Notes: generated by a model not told the origin, from the letters alone. Positions 23,911 to 38,393 are shown, numbered from the stretch's first letter. The stretch: DNA of 64,000 nucleotides from Takakia lepidozioides (GCA_030704615.1 CM060734.1:20522001-20586000); one strand, 5' to 3'. Numbers and translations: made by a program.

Positions 23911-26900
23911 GATCTCGGAGGCTCACTAATCTCCATGGACACATCTGCCAGCTCCTGGTTTCGGCAGCCCCTCTAAACCAATACGAGTACCTTGGCAAGT
24001 AGATCATACGGGAGGTGCCAGCTGCTGGTCACCCACATAGGCATCTTTGCCCGTCATGTAGAAGATGTCGACAAGGTTTTTTTCTAGGAATAGCTCGAGA
24101 TGTGAATAGGTCATGGACGTCAGTGAGCTTTATATGTGTATGTACTATCGCCTGACCCTTGTCATCAAGTACAGTTGTCTTAAAAGTTAGTTATGTATTG
24201 GCATTCAGCTCGGGTCGAGCATAGGCAAACGCTAAAGCATTTGCTGGGGGTCACCAGCCCAAAGACATTAAGGACAGTGTTGCCCCACAAACATTCAATA
24301 GCGAGAGAGAGAGGGAGAGACAACGAGACTCTCAACTGGCCTAAAGACATTGAGGCTCCTCGATACAATTATTAATGTACAGCACACTATTTCAAAGTAA
24401 AAGAAGTGCTGCCCTTGATTGCAGTGCAGGGCTATGCTTTTTGCACACCTCACTTGGAACCACTGGGAGTTTTGCAAGACCTGTCAGTTTTCTTGTATGT
24501 TGATTATTAGAGGTACCCGCAGGAACTCAAATTCTTCAGATTCAGGAGTTAAGAATGTCCGGAAGGCAACTGACAAAGTGTGGGATTTGCACGCTCTCTC
24601 TCTCTCTCTCTCCATCCACACCTCCTATGCCGTGGAGACCAAGTTGCAAGTGATGGAGGTGTGGGAACCCTCCTAGAGGTTATCACATCTCTCTCGCAAC
24701 GACCTGATGCTTATTCTGTCCAAGGGATCCTGTACCTGCTACCCAAGCCTGCACAAATCATGTTTTTGGTTGCTCACGGATGAAGCAGCAAAGGCCGCAG
24801 GGCAGTGCAGTCATTTCTGGTATAGTGGTTCGAGCGCGATATCTATGTGTCCTTCGGAACGTCCAAGGAGCAGCGTACCACATTAGTGGCAAAACTCTTC
24901 ACGGAATTTTGCATGAGTATTGTCACTAATTTTCTAAATCATTTAGCTTGGCCTCATTCCAGATGAACTATGAGATGCTAACTTCCATGTCCCGGCCCTC
25001 CCCGCCAAGTTATCCAAAGTTAGCCGACGTTGGTGGTGTATGGCCCACTGGTGGCATGGATGGTTGCTTTTATGTGCATAGGGTTTGAAAGCAATCAGGC
25101 AGTAGGTCTACCTCGCTCTCCAAGGCCCAGACCAATTGAGCCGGCAAAGGGTGGGTCCCACAAGCAAAGAGTGTGGCGGGTCCCGGCAAGCAATGTGCTC
25201 AAAGTGACCTTCACATCAGGTAGAAGAGACATATAACCAGTACAACAGTTCAAAAGCGATTACCGGTTATCAGCCATGAACTCTGGCGCCAAATTCCCAG
25301 GTATTGCGCTCACCGATGTCGGCCACCGATATCTCGGTGCCAGCGAAAATTAACACATGGAAGCACGGTGTCATTTTTGTCATCTAGTGCAATCTTGGCC
25401 GACGGCCGGGACATGGAAGTTGGCCCTAAAGTTCCTACACAAAAATGCTTGAAAGCAAATACTATGTACGTGGAACAGTTATTACATCTCATGTAGAGAA
25501 GTTTGTAAAGATAATTATCACTTGAGTTTGTACAAGATAGCACTCAATTATCTGGAACGTTTATCGTGACAAATTTCTCAATATAAAACAGATCTTACAG
25601 ATTGTGTGCTGGCAAAAATGCAACTTTTGCAAAGATTTGTTATTGATTACTTTGCGAACTAAGGGAAGTTTAAGGCTAAACTTCAAGGATCCTTTTTGGA
25701 GATGGTTATCAATGCACGGACAAACCCAATGATGCTGGTTCCTAGAGAAGAAGAAATCAACAACTTCCCGGGTGGCGACGTTCTAACGCCCCGGCCGCAC
25801 TAGTGGCTAACTAGCCACCACTAGCCGTGGCTACAGGGCAGCCGCACAGAATGGCTGATCTCAAAATATGCCTCTGCTCATGGAAAGGAATATTCCACTA
25901 CTCACTGCCCACCACTCATGAAAAACTCAACCTCCCCGCCCGCACCACTTTGCTAGTGTAGCATGCCTGCTAATAGCAGGTGTCGCAGGCTTTCCTAAAT
26001 GTTGCTCCAACTAACATTATCCCTGCCGCACAAAAATGTTAGCGCGCAATTTTAGTTCTAAACAATCGGTCCCTGCCCCTGCCCGTTTCCCTTGCCTCCT
26101 TCTTGTCCGCCATAGCCATAGGAGCAAGTGAGGAGAAAAGTGAAGTGAAGTGGGTATTTGGAGTAGGACTCCTTGTTCCTTCAAGAGATGAGATCATCTG
26201 TGGGTTTGTACAGAAGAAAGTGAAGGAGGTGGACATTCTATGCTGTTGGTGTTGCCGCTGAGTAGAAGCTCAAGGCTATTGTCAGCTTCAACTGCGGGTG
26301 CCGAAGTGTGTCATCGGTGTCCTCACACTGCATTGGCAGTGCCTCTTGTGAGAAGCCTGTCTGTATGTGTTTTATTTTGGTTTCATTTGCATTCATCTGC
26401 GACCGATCCGTCAACCATTGAACCATCATCCCTGGGGCTGGAATGTAATTTCTTTAAAAAGCACAGGTGTTAATTGTGAAAATGGCTCTAGGCCCCACTG
26501 TAATTCCAAGTAACTGAGCATTGAGCGAGAAGAAGACTAGGCAAAGGGAGCTGAGAATTTCTAACGTCGTTTCTGGTCACCCATTTGGTAACTACAGTTC
26601 CTTCAAATATCTTACATTATTGGAAGAGCAATTTATGAGCAATTGAATATAATATCACAGCAAACAATGTGCATTAAAGTTTCCTCATTACAGTATTATG
26701 TATCCGTACTTTCAAGTTTTACAGCTCTGGATAACAATTGTCCTCTGGAACTAATTGTAGGAGTAAAGATAGCTATGGTTTCTTGAAGGATAACCTCGCA
26801 GAGAGAGTCGGTGTCACATTTAAGAGTGTTTGATATGTATTTTGCATGTTGTGGGTGTCTCTCTCTCCTTCATATATAATCCCACGGTTTCACCACCACT

Positions 26901-27093
26901 GCACTTTGTTGGGTTTTCTCTAGTGACGAGAATAGTCCAAATGATCCCTTCTTCTCTCATTCAACCGAACACATGCATGCCTCAGCTCCTCCTGTTTTAG
27001 GATCCAACATCTTGCTCTCTCTATTCTATATTAGCAAAATGCACTCACATGTGGTAACTTGACTTGTCACCGGCTGTGGCACCCAACTCATAT

Positions 27094-27850
27094 CACTACT
27101 ACGTTTGGGGGGGGGGGTAGCGATGCCTCAACGACCTCCAAACGCCGCGCTTAGCGACGGAAATACTCTAAGGCGCCCGGGGCGCGCCGGGGGCAATCTG
27201 CGACGTCACAAAATTGCCGCGACGACGGTCAGCGTCGCTCCCGGAACGTCGCAAATTTAGCGACCTCGGGGAATCGCTAATTACCCCGGACCCCCCGGCC
27301 ACGGCCTGCGACCCCGGGAAGACGCAGCCCCTACAGAGCGTCGCAACGTTGCGACTTCTGGAAATCGCAACGAAGGCCGAGGGAGGGGTTCCATGCCTCC
27401 TGCTGCGTTGAGGGGACGTCGCAACGACGTCGCCCATTTATAAAAATGGCGACGCGACGGAATCGCCTCCACGTCGCTACCTAGGACAAGAATGCCCCTG
27501 CCCCGTGCGACGCGGGGGCATCGCAAATGGGGTCTCAGCGCCTGGGGGACTGGCGACACCCGGGAATCGCGAAGGCCATATTGCCGCCAGCTTGGGGCGT
27601 CGCAAGGCCCCCACTAGTGGGGGCAGTTCGCTTGCGTCGACAGGGAATCGAACGCACGTCGCAGCCCCTAGGGGGCGTCGCTAGCTCCAGGGGTGGGTAT
27701 TTTTTTATCTACGACATCCGGGAGTCGTCGAGACGCCGCAAACCCCAGGGGGCGTCGCTAGCTCTAAGACGGGGTGGTTTTCTTGCGACGCCCGGGAATC
27801 GCTAGGGCGTCTCGGACCCCAGGGGGGCGTCGCAAGGGCGTCGCCCGGGG
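27094..27850. mobile_element. Probable CACTA (En/Spm) terminus with GC-rich subterminal repeat array
   Basis: Begins CACTACTAC; followed by ~750 bp dense in GCGTCGC/GCGACG motifs in both orientations; partner end not found. Confidence 0.55.
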
Positions 27851-30800
27851 GTTGGGGTTGGTGTGGGTTTTTTGTTTCTCGGGGGTTGGGGTGTGCTTCG
27901 TGCTTGCAAGAATTGCATGTATTCTAATATATAGGTCGACCCACCAAATCCACATGTCCATTAAGGTTAGAATGAGGATCGAATGGCAACTGAAAATATA
28001 TATACATAAAGCGAGTACTACCTGTACATGTCTCTAACTGGGAACCATCCCTCACTCCTCATCACCTGAGTCATAGGAGTACTCGTCCGAGGAATGCAAG
28101 CTACACTGGGCCTCCACTTTGGAGGATGATGAGACCGAGTCCGAGATTACATCATCCTTCGAACCACCCCCTACTACTGGCTCTCCCCCATCCGGCTGAG
28201 CCACTGAACTACCCATCCCCACCCCTACAGATGCACTATCCTCCGTCAATTGTGGTGCCTTGGCCATTGAGGCTACAAGGGCCTTCCACCCCTTCGTCTT
28301 GGCAAAGTCATGCTCGACGGCGGAGGGAGGCCTCTCAAACATTTTTTTTCTGCACATGACATACAAATGCAATGACAGGTAAGAATTCATGATGGAAGGA
28401 GAAGCTAAAAAAGAAGAATGGGTAGGACAAGGGAAAGAACACTCACGAATCGGGTGACAAAACTCTTGCTTCCGTCGGGGCCCCACTTGTGTGTTGATTC
28501 CGCACACTTCTCGAGGCGGGCTGCAGTTGCCGCACGCCCCACCCTTTGTGAAGATCTCTTTGTTCAGCTCTTCCCTCTCCCCTGCAATGAGAGCCTCCCA
28601 AGATTCCTGTCCAGCCATTATTTGACGTATTTTCTAGCACAACTAATAGACTATTAAAGGAAATCTTATGTTCAATGGGTTGTCTTTGTATCAATGGGGA
28701 GTGCACAGTGGGAGGATTGTTTGGGTGGAAGGGTTGAGTCAACTATTGCTGTAACCCGTGATTTCACTTAGGTATATAGATATCTATTTATCTTCCCAAC
28801 GATCCATCATGGCTGCCATATTACATATACAATTTCAACATTCTCAAAATCTGCACCTATCTGGTTGGATGAGTTAAGATTCTTTGGTCACATGAACATT
28901 AGAACACATGGTACATGTTTACTATTGGCTAGCTTACAATGAGGCAATGTTTACGGTGAGCGTGAGCTGAAAATGTTGTGAGCAGAAGAGAAATAATACT
29001 CAATTTTTTAGAATATTCCCTTAATTCTGCGCCCGCACCTAACCCGAACTTAACCCGAAGCAAAACCCGAACCTCGTAGTTCCGCGCGGAACTACGAATT
29101 CATGCAGGAAATGCTGAATCCGCGGAAATAAAACAAACGACGGTTCAGCGCGGAACTATCGATTTGCCACAGAAATATTCAATATGCACCCAAACACTCA
29201 ATGCCAGAAAAGATGTTCAGAGTTTCTAGTGGAAATCTGGAATGTGTAAGACCAGCTATTTATGTCTTTTGCTTTACAAGGATAGTTCGACCCATCTGCA
29301 TTTATCTTATTTTCTCGTGTGTATGGTAGACTAGGTCACCATAGGGAATCTCCCCCCACCCCAATGTTTCCAGTGCTCAACTAATCCTTCAAATGTATCC
29401 ACTGGGCAAGCGTACTTTGGATAGATGCGACCTGTGATCATTCTATGTTGCCCCTTCAACCTGAAGACAATATCCATTTTCTGATATATTGTCTACGATA
29501 TTCTTACAAGAGAGTGACGAACAGGAGAGAAGCCCTAATAAGTTATTTCACCATAAGTTGCAGTGGTTTTCACTTCTTCTTTCAACTACATTTCTAATTA
29601 AATGCTTACTTGTATGCAATGAAGGCGATAATTTGTTCGTGACAGACCAGCTACTGTTACAAGTTTTCATTATGCTGGAGAAAAGCTACACCAAAGACAG
29701 CCGGAAGCGATGGCGTGATAGGCCATTTGAGATCCACACAGGGACATTGCATGGTATGCAAACTGAAAGGAAGGTTAAACATTCATCATCGATCTCTAAT
29801 ATTTTCCATTCTCTCCATAACTTGCAGCAATAAGTGTTGGATTTTGTTATATAAGAGATTATTTCTGACATTTTGTAATGCTTGCTCAAAGTGTTGCAAA
29901 TAGTCTAGTCTTGGGTTAAGTTAGTTGTGTGTGCACACTGTTATGTTCTTCATACAACAATGAAAATAATGTATATGCAGAGATCGCATTCATTTTGGTA
30001 AGTAGCTTCAGTATGGATCTTCATACAAGTGTGTAAAAGAAAAACAAAAGAAGGAGGACAAATCCAGAGATTAACGAGGCTTTGGTGTGTGTGAGGTGAG
30101 CATGGAGATTTTGTTGATCGAGAATACAGTAGCCTGGAAGTAATAAGCATGACCAGCTAATAATCTTGAGGTGGCCTACATTCAAAGCATGGGCCTGAAG
30201 GTCTAGTGTCAGAGGATCAATACTTACTCTAACACAAGATCTTCAAGTGCATGCATTGGATAAGACATCAGCGAAAAAAACAAAGAGGTTTGTGGTGACA
30301 TCCTCAAATCTGGAATTGTATGAGATGTCATTCATGACACTACCCTCATGTTCATATATGCCACGTAGCTGACCCGTTTGACACATTGATCACCCTCGTG
30401 ATATTACATGTTCATCTGTAAAGGGGGCAAGTGTTATGGTGTAGCCAGTATTTTGTAATTTTGGCCCACATGCGAGGCACTTGGTGGCTGGGCATGCCAG
30501 TGGGTTCAACTCCCACTTGGGTCTTGCACTTAACTTGTATTCACTTTGCAAAGATGCCTTCCCGTTTTTGTATCTCTAGGATTTGGCAAATTTTTATATG
30601 ACCTTGCAAACAATACACACAACTTTGACCAACATTTCAGGACTTGGGTATTTTTCTCTGCAACATTTAGTTGGACTTCAATCACAAATTCGGTGTGTTC
30701 CCCAAATGTGGCCACTGACTATATTTGGTTAGAGGGATGAATTGGGTTTTAGCCAAAATTCTCTATTTTTGCTATTTCTGATTTAGAAAAGGGATGGTAT

Positions 30801-32052
30801 GCAAATTTGGCAGTCTTGCTTTGATCATACCTACTTTGCTTTTAGCAAGGGTGGCTATTGGATGGCAAAAGAAGAATAGCCAGCATTATTGTTCACAACT
30901 TCACTACCCCATTGGGGTCAGGTACAAAGGAGGCCCCATCAAATCTGCATATTTTGAAGTAAAAAAATTCTTACATATGCTTGACTTGATTATGGACTAG
31001 AATCCGTTCCCAATTTCCCATGCTGTTTGGAAAACATTTCTGCGGTTTATTTTGCCATACAACATTTGAGAGAGACCGTCTATGTTGATTTCACCATTGG
31101 CCCAAGATCAAACTTTATAATCTCGGAGATCCAACGGGTGGTTCCTTTTTTTTTTTGTGGCATTGGATGCGGAAGGTAGGTGGGCATCCAACCCTACCGT
31201 GGACAAGACTGGTTCGTCCCAAATCTAGAGCTATGGTCCCAAACCTGCTAGGGGGTGTGGTCTTCCAAGCCAATTTCCAGCCACCCCAGGGTCTTTTTAA
31301 GGGTTAAAGCCAGTGGGCTCGATGGGGCCTCTGGAATCATTTGAAGAGTAACTAATTGGGAAGAAGCGCCATTGACTTTTGGGACTGGTACCTCGGGAAG
31401 GCAACAAATCTCAACCTTCTTATCCATGTCAATTTCTCAAACTTACCCATTGAACACACGGACTGGTGTGGAGTGTGCACAATCCAAAGGGTAGAAGGTG
31501 GGTGTTGATTTGAGAGATAATCATCTCCAATCCGCTGGGGAAGTCGTAGAGGAAGTTTGTCAAGAACTGACAAGCATGGTTGCCGGTAGAACTAATCGAG
31601 GCCCAGAGCTCATGTTGTATTACCGGACGTCATCATGGAGCGATGAGGGAAGACTCGAAGAGTACCAAAGTTAATGTTGTAATAACGCGTAGAAAATTTT
31701 GTTTATGAATATGGGCATACGTACTGCTTTCGGTTGACTTGTGCATCAGTGTTGACGCTGCGTGGAGTGTCGACCTTGGTCATCAGTTGAGAAGCAGTGG
31801 CACAGCCATGGGTCCATTTGATGCACTGGTGGATCAGTCGATGGCCTATTCAAGGTTCACACGAGAGCTTGAAGGTATTCCCTGCGTGTCGCAGTTGCAT
31901 AGCCATGGGTCCAGCGGAAGTACGGTCTCTCAAGGGGGGGAGAAGAATGAGTAGAGTCTGCCTTGGATAAATGTTACTGGTCGGGAGTAGACAAAGAAAT
32001 AACATTTAGACAATGTTAACACACTTAGGGAGGTTGTATTAAAGCACATTAA

Positions 32053-33743
32053 CCCTTAACTTCCTACAAGGTGAATTTTTTCACTCCCAAAAATTACTAC
32101 CCCTTTGAACTAACGGAAGGCTAACCACCTACCAACATTCATCCACAAGAATTGACTGTACACATACATGCCTACCTGGCCTTTACACCATTTTAGGAAT
32201 TTTCACTGTTGAGTTTGAGAGACTGTATTGGTTTTTTGGGAATTTTATTTTTTTCCTCTTTTGGTTCGAAAAAAGCCTTTATTTTCTTTGACCAAGCATG
32301 TTAACCCCTAATGGACGAGGCGGTTTTTGGTGGGCCCCCTCCAAAACAGGACATACCCTCACGGATGAGGGTATATCTCTCAGGAAACTAACATCCACAG
32401 GGATGAACCGTATGAATGGGAGGCTACCTACTTCATCCAACTTCTGTGAAAATTTCAGCTCATTCCACCGTGTCGTTTCGAAGATTATAAGAAATTTGCA
32501 AGCCCCAAATTTGGGGTACATTCCAAATTTAGAGTGGAAAAATGGTTTGACCAGGAAATTGGATCGACAAAATATTTTTTCCTCGCAAGACCCCATCCAG
32601 ATTCCAATTATGTGGCACCTAAAGCATGTTGCGTTGCAAAATTTCAAAGCAGAATTCCAAAATCTTGATACGGTTGCTTTGTATGGAAAAACAGGGGGGT
32701 CAAAACACACCATGAAGCTCAAATGACATGTAATTCAGGCTTAGGGGGTCGAAATTTCCTTGGAATCACAATTGTTGCGGTGAAAGTGTTCCTTGAATGA
32801 TGAACTACTACCTCCAAAAAGAAATTCAGAATTCTAACAAAAATTCAGGTAGAGATTTGCATTTGTTTCCATTTGTACTTTTGCCTTGTTGTCACCCCTT
32901 CAGCCTACCACGTCACTAAGTCAAAGCTGCTGGACGACCAATTTTGGGCACCCCTGCACACTAAAAAAATTACTGACGGCAGGACTTTCATTATTTTAGG
33001 GTGCCATAAAGACAGGAAGGTGCATGACATCAAGGTGCACAACTTTCGTTCAGAAAGTTTTTTCATCCAAGGTCATCCAACGATTTGCCATCGTGGATGA
33101 TTTTTGACGCGACCCTGACGCGACCCGAAACGGGTCGCCTCGTCCATTAGGGGTTAAGGGGATCTTTGAATTTTCCAAATGGGCTACCCCAAATTTTCAT
33201 AATGTATAGTGCAAATGCAAATTGCATGCCAAGTTTCACATCAAACCAACATTTTACTGCATATGCTGCTTTGTATGTGTTTTGGCGAGGGTTGACATGT
33301 CCATCCCTAGCAAGCACATTCAAGCCTAAAACTTACCTCCAAACCATGTCATCCCAAAAACCATAATTCCACAAATCCCTCTGGTCCATAAGCATCAGGA
33401 AAATTTTCAACAGAATCTATTTGTGAAAACGGAAATTCAATAGCTTGAGTAGCATCGAACAATTTTGGCATCACTGGCCTGGTATGCTTCAATGGCCCAC
33501 TGAGGGATGCCCACGTTTCTAGTCAACTCCCCTCCACCCAATAAATTTTTGACCCCTGTCCCTTTAGAAAAATCTGGAGGGGGCATGCCTGCTCCAAATG
33601 GCATGCAATAAATTGGAGCAAGTGGGCCACCCCATGCGCTATAAATGCTCAAGAGGAATGAATGTCAAAAAAGTTCATCTGCAAAAGTTAGGATGGTCCC
33701 CCAGACAGCGCGACCTAAAACGGGTCGCATAGGAAGTTAAGGG
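32053..33743. mobile_element. Non-autonomous piggyBac-like DNA element (outer)
   Basis: 14-bp TIR CCCTTAACTTCCTA / TAGGAAGTTAAGGG, TTAA on both flanks. Confidence 0.8.
32305..33153. mobile_element. Non-autonomous piggyBac-like DNA element (nested, inner)
   Basis: 18-bp perfect TIR CCCCTAATGGACGAGGCG / CGCCTCGTCCATTAGGGG, TTAA on both flanks. Confidence 0.85.
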
Positions 33744-34072
33744 TTAACATTTACAAAATGACACTTACATAGCATCCAATTCTCTTACTCGAGCAGTTGG
33801 AGTCATAATCTCAATACCATATACTTGCAAACTATCCAATGGAGGTACAACTAGCACACAGGCAATGATGTTCCTCAAAAACAACCTCCATGTCAAGTCT
33901 AAAAACGCTAAACATATATTTTGTTGTATTGTATTTGCTTAATTATGGTGGTATTACAGGTATTACCAGCATACCTTCTGATCCTATGATTGGTTATATT
34001 TTAGACAAGATGGTAACGCCGATTTCCAGCATGCCAAATATTCCCCACCTCTCTTGAGAGTGATATGGAACT

Positions 34073-34205
34073 GAACTCCAGTCGGGGTTACACAAGGTGT
34101 GTAACTCCACTTGGGGTTACATTGGATTACACGATGAGGTATGTAACTCCACTCGGGGTTACACAGAATGGAGTGTAACTCCACTTGATGTAACTCACAC
34201 TTGGT
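34073..34205. repeat. Short tandem array of quasi-palindromic GTGTAACTCCACTYGGGGTTACAC units
   Basis: About four imperfect copies visible. Confidence 0.7.
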
Positions 34206-35736
34206 CTCAAAATTTGACTAAGTCCAAATTTGGCCAAGTATAAGATGGACTAACCAGAGTTACATGAGAGACCATGATTACAGAGGATTACACTTGGGGC
34301 TCATTTCGGAAATCCCCTCCACACGAAGGTTTACCCTACACATGAAAACTACTTGGATTCTATTTTTAGTGAAACCGAGGTAAGAGGGGGTGGGGAGGAT
34401 TTGACACGGGCCTGCTGGAGGATGGCTGCCGGCATCCGGCAAAAGTACTGTCAGATCGCACGCGTCCATTAAGTTCTTACATTATTCCTATTGTCTTCCC
34501 ATTTGCTAGTGTGTACAAGTAGGGGAGTAGAATTTTCTTACATTTATGATAGTTTAACGTTTATAGATGTAACATTCGCTCCCCTACAAAACAATTTTTT
34601 GCTTCAATTTTGGTGTGGGTATGAATTTGTTATAATTTCCTGAACAATAATTAACCACTGGCCCCTTCCGCCCCTTGATACATCTATCATACATGTAGTC
34701 CGGGCCCAAATCTGTCATTGCAAGCGCTCATTATAGTTATTCCACGATTTTATTATGGTTAATGTCAGGTTAGAATAACATTTAATACACTGTTTAATTA
34801 CATGTTGACTTTTATAGTTTGCAGTTTTTATGTTAATGAAAACACGCCAGACAAATATTTTAAAGACGACTCAATCTTAACCTAATATCCTATTGGGCCA
34901 AATCTAATGCTGCTCTAATTATCTTAGAGCTCTGTCACCTACAGCTTAGGAATCCCCCTCTTTCCCAACTTCAAACCATGCACTGATAATCCTAAATGTG
35001 TCCTTCACTTTAACCCAAATGTGCCTCCCTGTCCTCATTACGGTGCATCGTGCATGCTGCAGGTCGTCCCTTGCTGTTCGCAGCAAGCTCCATGGCAGGA
35101 CCCATTACGGAGCGTTGCCGCAATGAGCAGGCTGAAGCTGCATCAACATCTGTCTGTCCCTCCCTTTTGCATGTGACATACTCAGAGCGTATCTTTGAGT
35201 CTATCATCCCGATATCTTGTCTTTCCGCGTGTGCCCAATGAAAAATTTGGGGCGGGCATTCACGGCGAGGACATAGATGTTCTGGGGTTTATTGACGAGT
35301 ATGCGGAGAAAGATGGTGACAAGTCGCCTTCAGGGTCTCCTACGCATTCTGGAGGCAGCTCTTTCTGAGGCAATGTCAGTTGTAGAGGCTTAGATTGTGG
35401 TTGCAAATAGTGGGAATCTTGGAGGGATGGCCTATTGGCATGCATCGACGATGATTGTTGACACTGGGGACATTATGGACACAATCTTTCGTTTTCTATC
35501 ATGATTGTGCATGACTTGTGATCTGATTTTATGACTAAGATTGTTGACAAATGGTAGTGTGCAAATGCATAGTAAGATCACCAATGAATTGCAAAGTTAC
35601 TTTGGTGCGGGAAACTAGTTGATCATCGAAACCAATTTTGTTGGATTTAGTTGCAAAGGTATCCTCCCGTCTTCTCAGATTGTCTTCATGTCCTTCAAGT
35701 TTCATGACCCTTTCCCCTCTGAGTGTATCATTAAAG

Positions 35737-36877
35737 ATGGAGGAGACCTTCCTGCCATTTAAGGGCATCAAGAAATTTTGGGCCGTCTGCCAATTTACAA
35801 GCATGACGGGATCGGTGGCTTCAACTCTAGCTACAAGTCCTAAGTTCTCTGCCTTCCAACATCTCTCACTCTCTTTGCTTGCAGGCTTTGAGGGGAAAAT
35901 GAACACTTTGTCTGCTCTGGTTCAGCAAGACTAATTTGGATGAACTAGGCACGTACGCTGAAAGTAAGGGGCCAACATAAGTTGAAGGGAGATGGCATTG
36001 GGATGCATGGTGTTTTGTGATTCTTAGTGCTTGTGGACTGGTACACTGTGTAACTATTTCATAGTATTTAATCATTGTTTGCATGTGAGGCTTTGGTGGA
36101 GGATGCCATATTTGCAATTCCCTACAGTATGTCCTTGCTGGAATGCAACGCATCTATGTCAAGCCCTTTGGCTAGTGGGCTCTCATTTCGCCAACGGCCC
36201 TGTTTGGTGGTGGTAACTGCAGAATCTTGGTCCCTACATTGTATATCTTTTTTGTGTCAACACTTCCGGTGATCGCATTTGGTGAGCAGCTTGATAGCGA
36301 TACAAGTAAGTGTCTCCCAAACTCCACTTGATAGGAGAGGAAGCACTACAAAATGTAAATAATTGGTGATTGAAAATTTTCCCTGTATGCACTTGAAGCC
36401 TGGAAGTGTGATGTGATGTGTGACTATCTTTCAACTGTTCAATTCTAGGGTTTCTCTAGATGTATTGGTTACCGATGTGGTTGTTCCCTTGTTATTCTCC
36501 ACCTCTCTGGCAGGTTGTTCATATTGTATATTGTCAGCGGTTGCAGTCTTTTCTCTTTATCACAAAGATTACATAATTATGCAAGAGCAAGGTACAAACA
36601 TTCCCTAGCTCTGCCATTAACAGAGACAGACATGTCAAAGTGATGCCATTGGTTCAGATTGCTGAATTGCTTGTCAAAACAGATGGGCTCATCATAGCAG
36701 TGCTAACGTTGATATCCACAGCAGTGTGTGGGATGATTCAGTCCGTTATTGGAGGCCAGCCACTGCTGATTGTTGGAGTTTCAGAACCTAACTTACTTTC
36801 ATAATGTACACCTTCATGTACAACTTAAATAGCAGGAATCAACTGGGACCTGAGCTCTTTCTGGCTTGGACAACATG
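35737..36877 (+). pseudogene. Boron transporter (BOR/SLC4 family) pseudogene, first three exons
   Basis: MEETFLPFKGIKK at 35737; [25 protein letters not shown] at 36223-36305; DGLIIAVLTLISTAVCGMIQSVIGGQPLLIVGVSEP..IMYTFMYN..LGPELFLAW at 36683-36877; frameshifts present and no downstream exons recognised. Confidence 0.85.
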
Positions 36878-38393
36878 GTATTTTCTTTACTCCACATGAA
36901 AGGTCCCTTATTTTGAAAATGGACATTCTTGAATGGTTTCTGAGCAAACTGTAATCCATACCAGCGGTTTTAGACACCCTGACATGATCAGATGTGACTT
37001 CATAGACCAATCTCCTAGGAGAAGTGTGGAAACCCTGGGGTTTGAATGTTATCTCCAGCGGTTTTGCCCATCATGATTGGACCATGTTTTGCTGTGCAGC
37101 CACATGATCACCTGGGGTTACATTGTGAGCACTTATGTACTCATTCAACGGTGAGTTCAGAAGAGAAAGGGCAAGAAGGACAATTGAGCATAACCGAATT
37201 GCTGACTTTTCTAGCGTGGTTGCTACAAAGGGGGTAGTTGACTGCATGTCGTATGTATATATGTACACATCTGGCAGGTAGATCTGTTATGTTCCCCACA
37301 CTCTGTCATGGGTATCTATATGTTCATGGAGAGGGGTTGGTAATTTTGCAGGATATAGTTGGCAGGGTCTAAGATGCTCAAGGGGAACCTGCTTTAGACA
37401 ATGTGAGTTGCCAACCGTTTACGGGAGAATAAAGAGATGGACACATAGGGAAGGTAGGATGAGCACATTACTTAGTTTGGTGCTCTGGGTTTGTTGTTTC
37501 TTAAAAGCCTCTTCCTCAAAGCTTCATACATATAGCCAGTGGTTAGGCACCGTGACCAGAAAATACATGATTACGGCTTGTGTTGAAGGTTACGCTGCGA
37601 GCCATGGCTGCGGACATTGCTTACCAAATTTGGGATGTAGGGCTGGCATCATTCAGCTTTCTGATAGACACAATTCTGATCTTCAGTTTTCTGGTAATGG
37701 GGTTGTGGAGCACACGTTGAAAACCTTCAAATGGACACTCTTGCTGAAGTTCCACCCGACGTAAGCAAAGTCAGAGGAAGCCTACCATAAGCAATGTCAG
37801 AGGTCAAAGGGTAATTGTGGATTGTGGCCTGTATGTAGCATAGCGTTTTGCTCCTTGAGTTGGAACATCTGTATTAAAAAGGACTTCAAAAGTAGCTTAT
37901 CAAATAAAAGCACATACCAGCCAAAAAAAACTGTTTTGCTTTGGTACCTACACCAGCACCTTTGTGTAAGCATAGCCCTCAATCTTTTGTCCTGCATCCC
38001 TGCGAGCACACGTACGGTATAGCACGTACAATTGTCTTTTTAAAGATGCAATCCTTAGTGGATTGACTACTCATAATGCATAATGTTTTTAGTAGGACCT
38101 TGGGAGATCTAAACCTCTAAAACCTGCAAAAATTCCACTCATAAAGCGATATGGTGTTGGGTTTTGTGTCAAAACAACATATGTCCTTATGCCCGCCCAA
38201 CCTTTCGAACCCAAGTGGTGCATCACCGCCGTTTCATCTTCTTTTGTCGTGTCTACTCAGTCACCCCTCTCGCGCCCTTTCCATCTGCACTCTTCGCCCT
38301 TTTCCCTGTCTCTGTTCTTCTTATGCTCGCACCTGAGAGGGAGGGAGTTCGTGCACCAGAGAAGAGACATCGTCGCAAGCTCCGCAAATTGTA

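Noticed and set aside
32279-32726. ORFs inside the piggyBac-like element as a possible transposase
   Set aside because: No DDD motif or cysteine-rich domain; the element is too short.
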